This document shows, in pieces, positions 40,001 through 50,101 of a stretch of DNA of 64,000 nt. The DNA lies in NCBI GenBank assembly GCA_038841535.1, contig JAWBTQ010000006.1:1-64000 (forward strand). The letters are read 5' to 3'. Both the position numbers and the translations under genes were made by a program. Position 1 is the stretch's first letter; each line of letters begins with the position of its first letter. The DNA comes from Sulfolobales archaeon (GTDB lineage: Archaea; Thermoproteota; Thermoprotei_A; Sulfolobales; NBVN01). Under the pieces are notes generated by a model that was not told the DNA's origin, ran no database searches, and was given only the letters and a program-made list of their open reading frames with translations.

Positions 40001-40534
40001 TTGTCTAGAGCGCACAAGCTATTTAAACCTTCAGAGTACTCTCCGGCAATGGAGACCTCATTTCAGCCACTTTTAGCTCCAATAGAGTTTAACTATATTT
40101 GCTTTGTAACTCTTGATCTAGTGGGATTAAAGATCAAGGGTAGCTTGAGCTTTGAGGAAAGAGTGCTGGAGATAATCAAGGACTCGACTAAAAAGAGTGG
40201 GGGGATAGTCCAGAGCGAATTATGGCGTATGCTTGGTATAGATAGTAGAGAGGGGAGTAAGCTTATCGCTAGACTAATGAGGAAAGGTCTTTTAATGAGA
40301 GAGGCAGTAACGTACAAAGGAAAGAAGACCTACATTCTGAGGTACGCCGACAATACGAGGGCCCCGGTCAGTGTTTCTGTGAATTTAAACCCAGTAGTTG
40401 AGGTACCATGCTTCGCGTGTAAGCAAATAAACAGGTGTAGCATAGGAGGTTATTATGACCCGACCAGGTGCCCACTTCTTACGAGATACCTGCTGTCAAT
40501 GAACATCCGGAGAACCCTGTCGCTTCTACCGTAG
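40001..40534 (+). CDS. transcription factor E beta subunit (RPC34/C39-like wHTH + Fe-S); true start probably about 40121
   Basis: GIVQSELWRMLGIDSREGSK wHTH and VPCFAC.....C.......P..C..L..Y. Confidence 0.85.
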   Translation: MSRAHKLFKPSEYSPAMETSFQPLLAPIEFNYICFVTLDLVGLKIKGSLSFEERVLEIIKDSTKKSGGIVQSELWRMLGIDSREGSKLIARLMRKGLLMREAVTYKGKKTYILRYADNTRAPVSVSVNLNPVVEVPCFACKQINRCSIGGYYDPTRCPLLTRYLLSMNIRRTLSLLP

Positions 40535-40615
40535 CTCGCTGTTTCTGTAGACTTCTGCGAATTTGTAGTAAGCACATGAAGTAAATTAATAAGCTTCTGA
40601 ACCTCATGTACCTTA

Positions 40616-40664
40616 GTGATGAAACGACGGTCTCCTGATGGTTGATGTATCTTCTCTTCTCTGA
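40616..40664 (+). ncRNA. box C/D methylation-guide sRNA
   Basis: C box GTGATGA (40616), 12-nt guide, D' CTGA (40635), C' TGATGT (40643), 12-nt guide, D CTGA (40661). TTAATA about 30 nt upstream. Confidence 0.8.
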
Positions 40665-40719
40665 TTAACTAACGGGCTTTAAAGATGAGATACCTAGAGA
40701 ATATACTAGGTGTGGAGGT

Positions 40720-42288
40720 GTGGCAGTAATCGAGGAAAGCTTTAAGTCGATTTCGCCAGCGGAGTTCTTTTATAAGAACAAGGAGATAGCCGGATTCTCA
40801 AACCCAGCTCGGGCTCTATACCAAACTATTAGAGAGCTTGTCGAGAACTCTCTCGACGCAACAGAAAACCACGGCATTCTTCCAATAGTCAAGGTATCAA
40901 TTCGGGAGCTTGAAGTAGTTCCCGAAGGAGCATACTACGAGGTGGTTGTTGAGGATAACGGCGTGGGAATCCCCCCCAAATACGTCCCACAAGCGTTCGC
41001 CCAACTATTGTTTAGCTCTAAGTACGTTTTGCGGCAGTCGAGGGGCATGTTTGGTCTAGGAGCTAAAATGGCAGTTCTTTACGCTCAAATAACTACAGGT
41101 TATCCGGCTGAAGTAATAGTAGCGCCAGTAAAGTCCAAACACGTATATAGCTTTAAACTGAAGATAGACATAAGAGAGAATAGGCCGGTCATACTGAATT
41201 TCACCACGACCTCGAACATATTGGGGAAACACGGTACTACCGTTAGGTTGATCACTTTAGGTGATTGGATAAGATCCAAGCAGAGGATATATGAGTACAT
41301 AAGGAGAACGGCAATAATAGCTCCTTATGCCGAGATATTATTTAGAGATCCCGATAGCAATTACTTACTGTTTGAGAGAACTATAGACAAACTACCACCT
41401 CCAGCTAGGGAAACACTACCTCATCCACACGGAGTAGACATAGAAACTATGAAGAGCATACTCAAATCCCTAGCGAGTAAGTCTATTCTCGAGAGCCTAG
41501 TAGAGAGCTTTCAAGGAATTGGTGTTATGACGGCACAAAGGATCCTTACAGAAGCAGGAATAAGCCCGGAGAGGAGATCTGGTGAACTTACGGACCCCGA
41601 GATAGAGGCTCTCGTTAGAGTAATGAAGAATTACAAGGAAATAAAGCCGCCGAGGGCTGATCATCTGTCGTACTTGGATGAAGAGATCATAGTTGCTGGC
41701 CTAAAGAAGGTGTTTGAACCGGAATTTGCTACCGCTGTCACTAGGAAACCATCAGTGTTCGAAGGCCACGCGTTTATAGTGGAGGTTGGAATAGCCTACG
41801 GGGGTAAGGTACCAGTAGTTGAGAAACCCCTAGTCTTAAGATACGCCAATAAGATTCCCTTACTATACGACGAAGGTAGTGACGTAGTGTTCAAGGTTTT
41901 AGATGAGAAGAAGGGCATAGATTTTAAGGTATACGAAATAGAGTTTCCATCACCGCTCGTAATACTAACCCACATATGCAGTACTAAGATTCCCTATAGA
42001 GGAGTTGGTAAAGAGGCCGTTGCTGATATCCCAGAGATAGAAGAAGAGGTAGAAAGCGCTCTTCGCGAAGCTCTAAGGGAGCTTAGATCATACATATTAA
42101 AAAAGAGAAAGGAGATGGAAGAAATAGAGAAGGCTGTGGCTATAGCAAAGTACATACCTGAAGTAGCTAATTCTCTGTCGAGAATGTATAAAGTAAATTC
42201 GCGAGAGATATCTACTAAGCTCCTAGAGCTTCTTAACTCTAGACTCAGGTCGTTCAAGATACCGAGTTTGAGTAGCGTGGTGATCTGA
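40720..42288 (+). CDS. top6B: DNA topoisomerase VI subunit B
   Basis: SPAEFF, RELVENSLDA, EDNGVG, QSRGMFGLG and RYANKIPLLYD. Confidence 0.98.
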   Translation: MAVIEESFKSISPAEFFYKNKEIAGFSNPARALYQTIRELVENSLDATENHGILPIVKVSIRELEVVPEGAYYEVVVEDNGVGIPPKYVPQAFAQLLFSSKYVLRQSRGMFGLGAKMAVLYAQITTGYPAEVIVAPVKSKHVYSFKLKIDIRENRPVILNFTTTSNILGKHGTTVRLITLGDWIRSKQRIYEYIRRTAIIAPYAEILFRDPDSNYLLFERTIDKLPPPARETLPHPHGVDIETMKSILKSLASKSILESLVESFQGIGVMTAQRILTEAGISPERRSGELTDPEIEALVRVMKNYKEIKPPRADHLSYLDEEIIVAGLKKVFEPEFATAVTRKPSVFEGHAFIVEVGIAYGGKVPVVEKPLVLRYANKIPLLYDEGSDVVFKVLDEKKGIDFKVYEIEFPSPLVILTHICSTKIPYRGVGKEAVADIPEIEEEVESALREALRELRSYILKKRKEMEEIEKAVAIAKYIPEVANSLSRMYKVNSREISTKLLELLNSRLRSFKIPSLSSVVI

Positions 42289-42289
42289 C

Positions 42290-43465
42290 ATGGCTACTGA
42301 TAGCTATTCGTCTAAAATAGACGTAAGGGCTCGCGAGAGGGCTCTCAAGATCCTTTACGATAAGTTCTACGATGTTCTCAAGGATATATCGGAAGGAAAG
42401 CCGCCGAAGCTAGTAATAAAAAAGAGAACTCTAGGTAACACTATTTACGACCTAGAGAGAAAGCTACTACTTCTTGGTGAAGCAACTTTCGAGAGGTCTC
42501 TCCTAGATCTGCGCGAGGCCAGAAAATTTATGCAGACACTGCTTATGGCGGGTATAATTTACGAAGCACTATCTAATGGGGAGTATCCAACTATAAGAGA
42601 CCTCTATTACAGAGGTAAGCACACGATACGGTATAGAAAGCTACCAACAAAGTCTATTGGGGAGGAAAACACTTGGGAGGAGCAGGCAGAGTCGGACTCC
42701 GTACTCAGGGATATAGAAGTATTTTCTAATGTGCTTAGAGAAGAGATGCTGATACTGAGCAAGGAGAAAGGTAAGGTTGTGGGCGACCTAAAGATAAGGT
42801 CCGGAGACGATACCATAGACCTGAGTAAAATGGGGCATGGTGCCTACTCTATCGAACCTACACCTGATCTCATAGATTTCATTGAAGTTAACGCTGAACT
42901 TGTTTTGGTTATCGAGAAAGACGCCGTCTTTCAGCAACTTCATAGAATCGGGTTCTGGAAGAAGCATCATGCTATATTAATTACGAGCGCAGGGCAACCA
43001 GATAGAGCTACTCGGAGGTTTGTTAGGAGGCTTAATGAGGAGCTCGGCTTGCCTGTTTACGTGATTTCTGATTCAGATCCTTATGGATACTACATTTACA
43101 GCGTCTTTAAGACCGGATCAATAACCTTATCTTACGAAAGCGAGAGACTAGCTACACCACACGCTAGATTCCTTGGAGTCATGATGACTGACATATTTGG
43201 AAGCACTAAGCTCGGGAAGAAGCCGTACCTAACTGAAGAAGAAAGACGAAACTTCATTATAAGGGCTAAGGAACGAGACATTAAGAGGGCTAAGGAGCTG
43301 AAGGAGTATCCTTGGTTTAAGTCTGAGAGGTGGCAGATAGAGCTTAACGAGTTTTTAGACAGGAAAGTGAAGTTGGAGATTGAGGCTCTAGCAGGTAAGG
43401 GCCTTAAGTTCCTAGCAGATAAATATGTTCCAGAGAAAATCGATGTGGGAGACTGGATTGAGTAA
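42290..43465 (+). CDS. top6A: DNA topoisomerase VI subunit A
   Basis: TIRDLYY, VIEKDAVF, GQPDRATR, DSDPYG and KLEIEAL. Confidence 0.98.
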   Translation: MATDSYSSKIDVRARERALKILYDKFYDVLKDISEGKPPKLVIKKRTLGNTIYDLERKLLLLGEATFERSLLDLREARKFMQTLLMAGIIYEALSNGEYPTIRDLYYRGKHTIRYRKLPTKSIGEENTWEEQAESDSVLRDIEVFSNVLREEMLILSKEKGKVVGDLKIRSGDDTIDLSKMGHGAYSIEPTPDLIDFIEVNAELVLVIEKDAVFQQLHRIGFWKKHHAILITSAGQPDRATRRFVRRLNEELGLPVYVISDSDPYGYYIYSVFKTGSITLSYESERLATPHARFLGVMMTDIFGSTKLGKKPYLTEEERRNFIIRAKERDIKRAKELKEYPWFKSERWQIELNEFLDRKVKLEIEALAGKGLKFLADKYVPEKIDVGDWIE

Positions 43466-44165
43466 TCGGGTTCCTTGCTACCTGCTAAACTACATAAAAT
43501 CGCTTGAGGAGTCTATAGACCAAACAATGTTGAGAATGGATGCAACAGAAAAAGACTATATGTCTTTCATTGAGGCTTCAGAGAAGTACAAGTTTAGAGC
43601 TGTAATAGTTCCTCAGGCAGTCCTCTCTTTAGTGGTGTCAGTAACTAGACATGTAGTTGGTACAGTCGTCGGGTTCCCGATGGGCTTCAGCTCTTTGAAG
43701 GTTAAGCTCAGCGAGATAGACTTTGCTGCCAATAGTGGGGCGCGCGAGGTTGATGTCGTCGTAAACACTATTCTAGCCAAGAGCGGTAAGTGGAGAGAGC
43801 TGGCTGAAGAGATCTCGAAAGTCGTTGAGAAAGCCCGAGAGTACGGGCTTTTAACAAAGATTATAATCGAGACGTCGGTTTTAAGAAGAGATGAGATCGA
43901 GACGATTTCCAGAATAGTTGAAGACTCTGGAGCAGACTTCGTGAAAACAAACACGGGATTTGGGCCTAGAGGAGTTATACCATCTGATATATTGACTATA
44001 AAGTCTTCTATAGCTGGAAGATGCAAGATCAAGGCATCTGGGGGTATTAGAACAGCTTTAGACGCCGCCTTAATGGTCTACCTAGGAGCGCACGTCATTG
44101 GGACAAGCCATGGAGTTGAGATAGTTGAGCAGGCTAGGAAGGCTTTAAGTGAAAGCTGCTTTTAG
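43425..44165 (+). CDS. deoC: deoxyribose-phosphate aldolase (start probably slightly downstream)
   Basis: DQTML, VVGFPMG, GAREVDVV, KIIIET, FVKTNTGF and KASGGIR. Confidence 0.95.
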   Translation: MFQRKSMWETGLSNRVPCYLLNYIKSLEESIDQTMLRMDATEKDYMSFIEASEKYKFRAVIVPQAVLSLVVSVTRHVVGTVVGFPMGFSSLKVKLSEIDFAANSGAREVDVVVNTILAKSGKWRELAEEISKVVEKAREYGLLTKIIIETSVLRRDEIETISRIVEDSGADFVKTNTGFGPRGVIPSDILTIKSSIAGRCKIKASGGIRTALDAALMVYLGAHVIGTSHGVEIVEQARKALSESCF

Positions 44166-44456
44166 CTGTACCGTGAGACCTCCACCTCCTCTCGTTTAAG
44201 GTTACTATTAATTACTGTTAATTGTTGTGATTTAGGATTTAGTACAGAGTAGTTCATACTGTCTCCAGGTCTCAACTACGGACAGTCACGCATACCTGCC
44301 GTCCAGGATTACGGTAGTTATTAATCACTGCAACAGCTAGCTATAGGTCATTTAGTCACAATGAAATTGCTGAGGCCTTAGAGAGAAACAGTGGGATTCA
44401 AGAACTGATGAGTACCCTTAATAGCTTGGGTTTCTAGTCTGATGTGGTGCTCCTAG

Positions 44457-45062
44457 ATGACTTCGGACGGCTTGTTTGAAGAACTCTGCCAAGCTATGAG
44501 ATACCTATACATTAAGGGTCTAATAACTGCTCTCAGCGGTAACGTTAGTGTTAAACTGGATGAAGCCAGGATAGCGATCACTCCCACAGGCAAAACGAAG
44601 TTCCTGCTGACCCCCCTTGATATATCTGTGGTATCGATGGACGGAAAACACTTGAGTGGTCCGAGACCCTCAGTTGAGACTGAGATGCATATTGGTATCT
44701 ATTTAAGTTGCCCCGACTGCGGATCCGTAGTACACGCCCACGGACTGCTTTCTTCAGTACTAGCGGGATTTCTTAGTCCGGTGGAGGACTTAGAATTAAG
44801 AACGTTTGGGGTTAGAGTGTGTCAAGTTGACGAGCTGCCCCCCGGATCCAAAGAACTGGCTGGAGCTGTAAGTAGCGCTGTTGCTAGTGGTTGTAAAGCA
44901 GTAGTCTTGAAGAATCATGGAATAGTCGGTATAGGGAGAAATTTGGGAGAAGCACTTGAGATAGTAGAAGCCGTTGAAAACTCTTTCAAGAAGAGCCTAG
45001 TGCTCCACGTTTTGGATAGCCTAAGTAAGCAGAGTCTCCACTCCTCTAGGTTAAAACGGTAG
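44457..45062 (+). CDS. class II aldolase/adducin family (FucA-like)
   Basis: SGNVS, ITPTG, PSVETEMH, VHAH and LKNHG. Confidence 0.92.
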   Translation: MTSDGLFEELCQAMRYLYIKGLITALSGNVSVKLDEARIAITPTGKTKFLLTPLDISVVSMDGKHLSGPRPSVETEMHIGIYLSCPDCGSVVHAHGLLSSVLAGFLSPVEDLELRTFGVRVCQVDELPPGSKELAGAVSSAVASGCKAVVLKNHGIVGIGRNLGEALEIVEAVENSFKKSLVLHVLDSLSKQSLHSSRLKR

Positions 45063-45086
45063 GTTCCCGATACTAGCTCACGAAGC

Positions 45087-46322
45087 TTACCGCTCACAGC
45101 GCGAGGGAGGAGATAAGATGACGCCCTGGGATTTAAGCTCTGCTACGAGGGCGCTTAAGCTATCTCTGTCCGGTAGCTCAAACACTAGCTCAACTAGAGC
45201 GTAGCCGGAAGGGATCTCTAGACCTATCCTCTCGTGTTTTATCTCTATGATATTGCATCTATACTTAGCTAAAACTCCTAGGGCTCTGTATAGAGCGCCC
45301 GGCACGTCCTCTAGCAGTAGAGAAAGTCTTGCCGCCCGCCCCTCGACGCTAAGACCCTTTAGAATTACTCTGTATATTGTAGTGAGGTCGGCATTTCCTC
45401 CACTAACTACAGCCACCACGTTCTTCTTCATACCATGTAGGAAACCACTTAGAATGGCTGCTAGTGGTAGAGCTCCGGCACCCTCAACTACTAGCTTAGC
45501 TCTCTCCATCAGCAAAAACATGGCCTGCGCTATAGAGCTCTCATCGACTAAAACGACGTCGTCTACTACCTCACTCATTAGCCTATAAGTTAACTCACCA
45601 ACCGACTTCGTTACTACTCCATCAGCTAAGCTCGGTCTAACGGGTACTGGGATAGGCCCTCCGGAGACCCTGGCCTGATGGAACTTTGGGGCGTTCTCTG
45701 GTTCTACAGCCACTACCTTAACTCTATTCCCCCAGATCTTCTTGGCGGCTATAGCTATACCGGATATAAGTCCTCCACCACCGACTGGTACTAAGATATA
45801 GTCAGCACCAGATAAGCTAGTAGCTATCTCGATGCCTATAGTTCCCTGGCCTGCTATGACGTATGGGTCGTCGAATGGGTGAACAAAGACGGCTCCAGTC
45901 TCCTTAGATATCTCCACAGCTTTCTCGTAAGCCTCATCATATATGTGTCCGCAGAGTATTACCCCAGCACCATACGATTTAGTTGCGTTAACTTTGTACG
46001 GAGGCGTGTGTTCTGGCATTACGATAGTAGCTTTAACGCCTAACTCGGAAGCAGAGTAAGCAACTCCTTGAGCGTGATTTCCAGATGACGCTGCTACAAC
46101 ACCAAACCTTTTACACTTATCCAATTCCGAAGAAATCTTAAAGTAAGCACCTCTAACTTTGAATGCGCCTGTCTTCTGGAGATTCTCTAGCTTTAAAAAG
46201 ACGTTGTTGTCAGAAAGCTTAGAGAAGAACACCGAGTGAACTAAAGGTGTTCGGTGAATGACTCCTTCAACGACTTCATTAGCTCGCTTTGTTAGATTCC
46301 AGATCTCATCTAAAGCACTCAT
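45087..46322 (-). CDS. ilvA: threonine ammonia-lyase with an ACT domain
   Basis: KLENLQKTGAFKVRG, SSGNHAQG, VGGGGL, SGGN and C-terminal DVPGAL ACT domain. Confidence 0.92.
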   Translation of the reverse strand: MSALDEIWNLTKRANEVVEGVIHRTPLVHSVFFSKLSDNNVFLKLENLQKTGAFKVRGAYFKISSELDKCKRFGVVAASSGNHAQGVAYSASELGVKATIVMPEHTPPYKVNATKSYGAGVILCGHIYDEAYEKAVEISKETGAVFVHPFDDPYVIAGQGTIGIEIATSLSGADYILVPVGGGGLISGIAIAAKKIWGNRVKVVAVEPENAPKFHQARVSGGPIPVPVRPSLADGVVTKSVGELTYRLMSEVVDDVVLVDESSIAQAMFLLMERAKLVVEGAGALPLAAILSGFLHGMKKNVVAVVSGGNADLTTIYRVILKGLSVEGRAARLSLLLEDVPGALYRALGVLAKYRCNIIEIKHERIGLEIPSGYALVELVFELPDRDSLSALVAELKSQGVILSPPSRCER

Positions 46323-46382
46323 ACTTGCGCACCACGGTATTTAGTGCTTATAACTAATTAGCTAACATACCGCTAGGTATCG

Positions 46383-47378
46383 ATGTTTGAGCCCGACCTG
46401 ACAGTGCTAGTGGTACTAACTGCCTCAACTAGCTACCTGCTATCTAGAGCTATCTATAGACTAGAGAAGAGATTTGGCTTTACTACAATAGACTTCCACA
46501 AGCCAGAGAGGAGTGTCGTAGCCCGTTCGGGGGGTTTAGCCATAATGGCGTCTCTAGTCCTCGCCCTCCTATATTGGAGTGTCTCCGGCAAATTAAACAA
46601 CGTAGTCGTATTCTATATTCTCTCAGCTATACTAGCTGGGCTCATAGGCTTAGCTGACGATATCGTACACCTAGGCGTCAAGCTTAAACTCCTCCTTTTC
46701 TGCTTACCTGCTCTACCTCCAGTGCTCCTTCACCTCTACGACCCCCACCCTTACATACCGGGCATAGGGCACTTACGACTAACGATACTCTACCCACTAG
46801 GTGCTATAGCCGCATATGACGTTATGGCGAACGCGTTCAACATGAGTGATACACATAACGGATTAATAGTGTCAACTTTTCTGGTTTTTGCCTCCTCCGT
46901 ATTGCTCTCAACAATTCTTCCAGGCCCCAACCCCATCGAAGGTTTTGAAACTCTACTCGCTATACTTTTATCCGTAATGGTGGGCTACCTACCAATCAAC
47001 ATATACCCAGCAAAGATGTTAAACGGAAACTCGGGATCACATTTAATCGGGAGCCTCACAGCCGCCTTAATCTTAACATCTCGAAGGGAGTTCCTCTCGC
47101 TAATGCTCTTGGTGCCGCAAATACTAAACGGCTATTTTATCTTATCCACTACTGGTTTTAGAAGCAAGGAGTCTATAGAGAGACCCACAAAGCTTAAGAA
47201 AGGAGGTGTTATAGCCCCCAACTGTAACCCTAGGTCACCAATAACACTCGTGAAGCTATTTGTTGTGGAAAGAGAACTAGTTGAGCGCGAGCTAGTTAAG
47301 AAATACATAATCCTTCAGGTAGTAACTAGTGCCATCTCGCTTTCCCTCTACTGGGTGATAGCTTTAGCTAAATTCTAA
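46383..47378 (+). CDS. MraY/GPT family glycosyltransferase 4 (AglH-like GlcNAc-1-P transferase)
   Basis: DFHKP, SGGL, GLADD, NAFNMSDTHNGL and NIYPAKMLNGNSGS. Confidence 0.88.
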   Translation: MFEPDLTVLVVLTASTSYLLSRAIYRLEKRFGFTTIDFHKPERSVVARSGGLAIMASLVLALLYWSVSGKLNNVVVFYILSAILAGLIGLADDIVHLGVKLKLLLFCLPALPPVLLHLYDPHPYIPGIGHLRLTILYPLGAIAAYDVMANAFNMSDTHNGLIVSTFLVFASSVLLSTILPGPNPIEGFETLLAILLSVMVGYLPINIYPAKMLNGNSGSHLIGSLTAALILTSRREFLSLMLLVPQILNGYFILSTTGFRSKESIERPTKLKKGGVIAPNCNPRSPITLVKLFVVERELVERELVKKYIILQVVTSAISLSLYWVIALAKF

Positions 47379-48345
47379 AACTCGAGATTTGAATAGTATA
47401 GCCTAGCTCAGAGACCCTGCTAACCCAAGCATCACAGCTTACTCCAGCTCTGTTTAGGCTACTTAAAATGGCTCTCCTTGTAGCTTCAGCGACAGCGTAG
47501 TTATCAGTGAACCCGTAAATAGTTGGCCCCCAACTGCTTTGTCCTACTCCCCGCAAGCCATTTTCGTTCATAACCTTCGCTACTAAATCTCCGTATGGGT
47601 TGCTGAAGAACCCTCCTTGTGCTTGCGAGAAGTATTTACCAGCAACTCTTTGTATGAACTCAACACCTCGCACGAACAAATCTAACCTCTCCAATTTAGC
47701 TCCAGCCATAAGTTCTACTAAGGCTTTATACAGCTCACTCTGCTCGTCGACTGAAATAGGGTTGTCCATAAAGTTCCTCTCTTCGCTCTCTTTCAGTCCC
47801 TTGCCCTCAGGTATAGCGAGCACTACATACCAATATCGCGGGAATTTTATTAGAGCTAGAGGCTTGGGTATTCCACCATCACTAAGCTTAACTCCAGTAT
47901 CTACAGCTAATCCACCATAAACCAGGGTATAGTAGCCGACGCAGCTATATCTGCACCTACCTAACTTGATCAACAGTTCTTCAAGGTTTAAGTCCGTTAT
48001 CCTAAGAGTGATGGATGACGCTATCGCTGTAGCTAAGTAGATCCTCGTGAGAGAACCGAGACCTACGTGATGCTTTAAGTACCCCGATATCTCTAGTATC
48101 CCACTAGCTAGGCCTAAACTCCTAGCTACCGCAACAACAGCTTCTCTAGCTTCGTCTGTAGGTACTTTAAGGTTTAGCTTTCCATCGTCGCTGGGAGCTG
48201 TGAGTTTTAGTTCCAAGTAGGGTTCTTCTAAGGCTATACCCATAGACCCGTATGCTATACCGCTATCTAGATACCTATAGAAACCTAAGTGAAGCCTATA
48301 TCCAGCCTTCACAGCTATTTTCCAAGCACTCAATCTCGTACCCAA
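47368..48345 (-). CDS. beta-ribofuranosylaminobenzene 5'-phosphate synthase family (GHMP)
   Basis: RLHLG, HVGLGS, GGLAVDTG and GVGQSSWGPT. Confidence 0.88.
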   Translation of the reverse strand: MGTRLSAWKIAVKAGYRLHLGFYRYLDSGIAYGSMGIALEEPYLELKLTAPSDDGKLNLKVPTDEAREAVVAVARSLGLASGILEISGYLKHHVGLGSLTRIYLATAIASSITLRITDLNLEELLIKLGRCRYSCVGYYTLVYGGLAVDTGVKLSDGGIPKPLALIKFPRYWYVVLAIPEGKGLKESEERNFMDNPISVDEQSELYKALVELMAGAKLERLDLFVRGVEFIQRVAGKYFSQAQGGFFSNPYGDLVAKVMNENGLRGVGQSSWGPTIYGFTDNYAVAEATRRAILSSLNRAGVSCDAWVSRVSELGYTIQISSFRI

Positions 48346-49006
48346 GATCTTTAAGTAGCAGGAGTAAAATCCTTGACCACGCTAGCTTAGCTAGCTTTAT
48401 AGTTGCATTAACTTGAACACCTGAAGGCTTTATCCATCTACCAACAGAACTGAAGTCGAAGCCGTATATGAACACTCTCTTAGCACCGTAGTAGTATGCG
48501 AGAAAGACTGCTCTGTCTCCATCTGTAAAACCTCCAGGAACTTCAACTCTATGAGAACATTTATACTGTGCCGTACCGATCAGTTGGCCCCCCACATAGG
48601 GAAGGAATCTCTCTAAGTACTCAACATTGTCGCCGTGAGCGTGAACTACGAATAGAGTATCTCTAGCTCTCAGAGAGCTCTCCGGTATACCATCTAAGTC
48701 TGTCGTAACTATATCTGGAACCACTCCTTCCTCTAGGCATTTCTCGAAGGCTGCGTCCGCAACCACTAAGACACCTCCTTGAGGTCTGGGACAGCCAGAG
48801 CCAGTAGAATCTCCGACTACTATAGCAGTTCTTCCCTGAAGAAGCTCTACTAAGCGCTTCTGGGATTCCGCAACTATACCCATCCTCGAAGATAAAAGTA
48901 GATCCAAGACACGACAAGAAAAATAGTCTCTGTCTCTATCAAACCCCAGGCTTGTGAGGATGCGATCGTAAACTCCCTCCCAAAACAGCGGGTCTTTAAG
49001 GTTCAA
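48296..49006 (-). CDS. mptE: 6-hydroxymethyl-7,8-dihydropterin pyrophosphokinase (MptE family)
   Basis: VADAA, PDIVTTDLDG, VHAHGDN, GGFTDGDRA and KLAKL. Confidence 0.9.
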   Translation of the reverse strand: MNLKDPLFWEGVYDRILTSLGFDRDRDYFSCRVLDLLLSSRMGIVAESQKRLVELLQGRTAIVVGDSTGSGCPRPQGGVLVVADAAFEKCLEEGVVPDIVTTDLDGIPESSLRARDTLFVVHAHGDNVEYLERFLPYVGGQLIGTAQYKCSHRVEVPGGFTDGDRAVFLAYYYGAKRVFIYGFDFSSVGRWIKPSGVQVNATIKLAKLAWSRILLLLLKDLGYEIECLENSCEGWI

Positions 49007-49634
49007 CTATGGTCCCCCAGCTTCTCAACTCTTTGCACATACTCTCTGCGCACTCAATAAGCTCACCTGACCCAAGCTTTTTGACTATCGAGATACTGTA
49101 TTTTAAAGCACTTAACCACTCTCTAGCTTCTTCATCGAGCGAGCTGTCAACAAACCTGCGAGCCCGTAATTTAGTGAAATAAACTAGGGCTTCTATAAGC
49201 ATTGAATTAGCTCTGCTATAAGAAAAGTACTCTCGAACTCCCTCATATACGTCTATAGTGCTCATAAACACTAACGCCCTTCGGTTTTCTAACACTATAC
49301 GCTTTGGTAGGGCTTCAACGTAGAGGTCTACATCCGCATCGAGGACGAAGGTAGACTCCCTTCTCCCGCGCTTAAATCGAAGTCTTAAAGGTCGCATGAC
49401 TACATCGCAAAACACTAGAGCATTATGAGTAAAAGCAAGAGAGACAGCAGAACCTGCTCGAATATTCCTATATGTCTTAGTGTTTATGTAAGGACGTATG
49501 ACTAAGTCGTCCTCCATTAATCTAACTCCCATTGCTGCCGCATGTGGTTCTCCAGTTCCTCCAACAGTAACAGCTATTGCTTCGTGGTGACCAAACCTTA
49601 GCACCTTCTCCAACAAGACGTGCTCGCTTTTCAT
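48996..49634 (-). CDS. DUF447 family (split-barrel, pterin-cluster associated) protein
   Basis: EAIAVT, PHAAAMGV, TKTYRNI and SRANSMLIEALVYFTK. Confidence 0.8.
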   Translation of the reverse strand: MKSEHVLLEKVLRFGHHEAIAVTVGGTGEPHAAAMGVRLMEDDLVIRPYINTKTYRNIRAGSAVSLAFTHNALVFCDVVMRPLRLRFKRGRRESTFVLDADVDLYVEALPKRIVLENRRALVFMSTIDVYEGVREYFSYSRANSMLIEALVYFTKLRARRFVDSSLDEEAREWLSALKYSISIVKKLGSGELIECAESMCKELRSWGTIVEP

Positions 49635-50101
49635 AATAAAGCCTCCCCTAACACCTTTAAGTAATACTACTTCTTCCCTACGTGAAGAGCCAGGGTTTCC
49701 CTGGAGCTGTAGAACCTGAAGCCATATAAACAGCTAAAACCGAGTATAATACCCCACCCAGTCTTGAAAACGCCATCCCTGCTCTAAGTGCTCCGGAGGT
49801 CGAGAATGTACTCGTTAAGCCTAAGGTAAGATCAGCCCCCAAGTGATTCGAAGCCATCAACTCGCTCGAATCCATCACCAACTAAGAAACCCTGTAGGAA
49901 TTTAATAAACTTCTGCACCTTTATTCTATAATAGAAGAACGATGCGTCCGATCTAAACTAGCGTTATCTAATACATATTTCTTACTCTCAAGATTGGGGG
50001 CCGCGGTAGTTCATACGGCTTTAAATGCGAAAGATGAGTAGTGACAGTAAGTAATCCTTACCTAGCTAAGCCATCGATTTATTTAAACCTGAGGATGTAT
50101 T

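Noticed and set aside
44405-44442. CTGATGA...CTGA as a box C/D sRNA
   Set aside because: No internal D'/C' pair, and the interior contains the probable TATA box of the aldolase gene.
49678-49881. 67-aa hydrophobic ORF
   Set aside because: Possibly a membrane-gene remnant, but family and expression signals are not evident.
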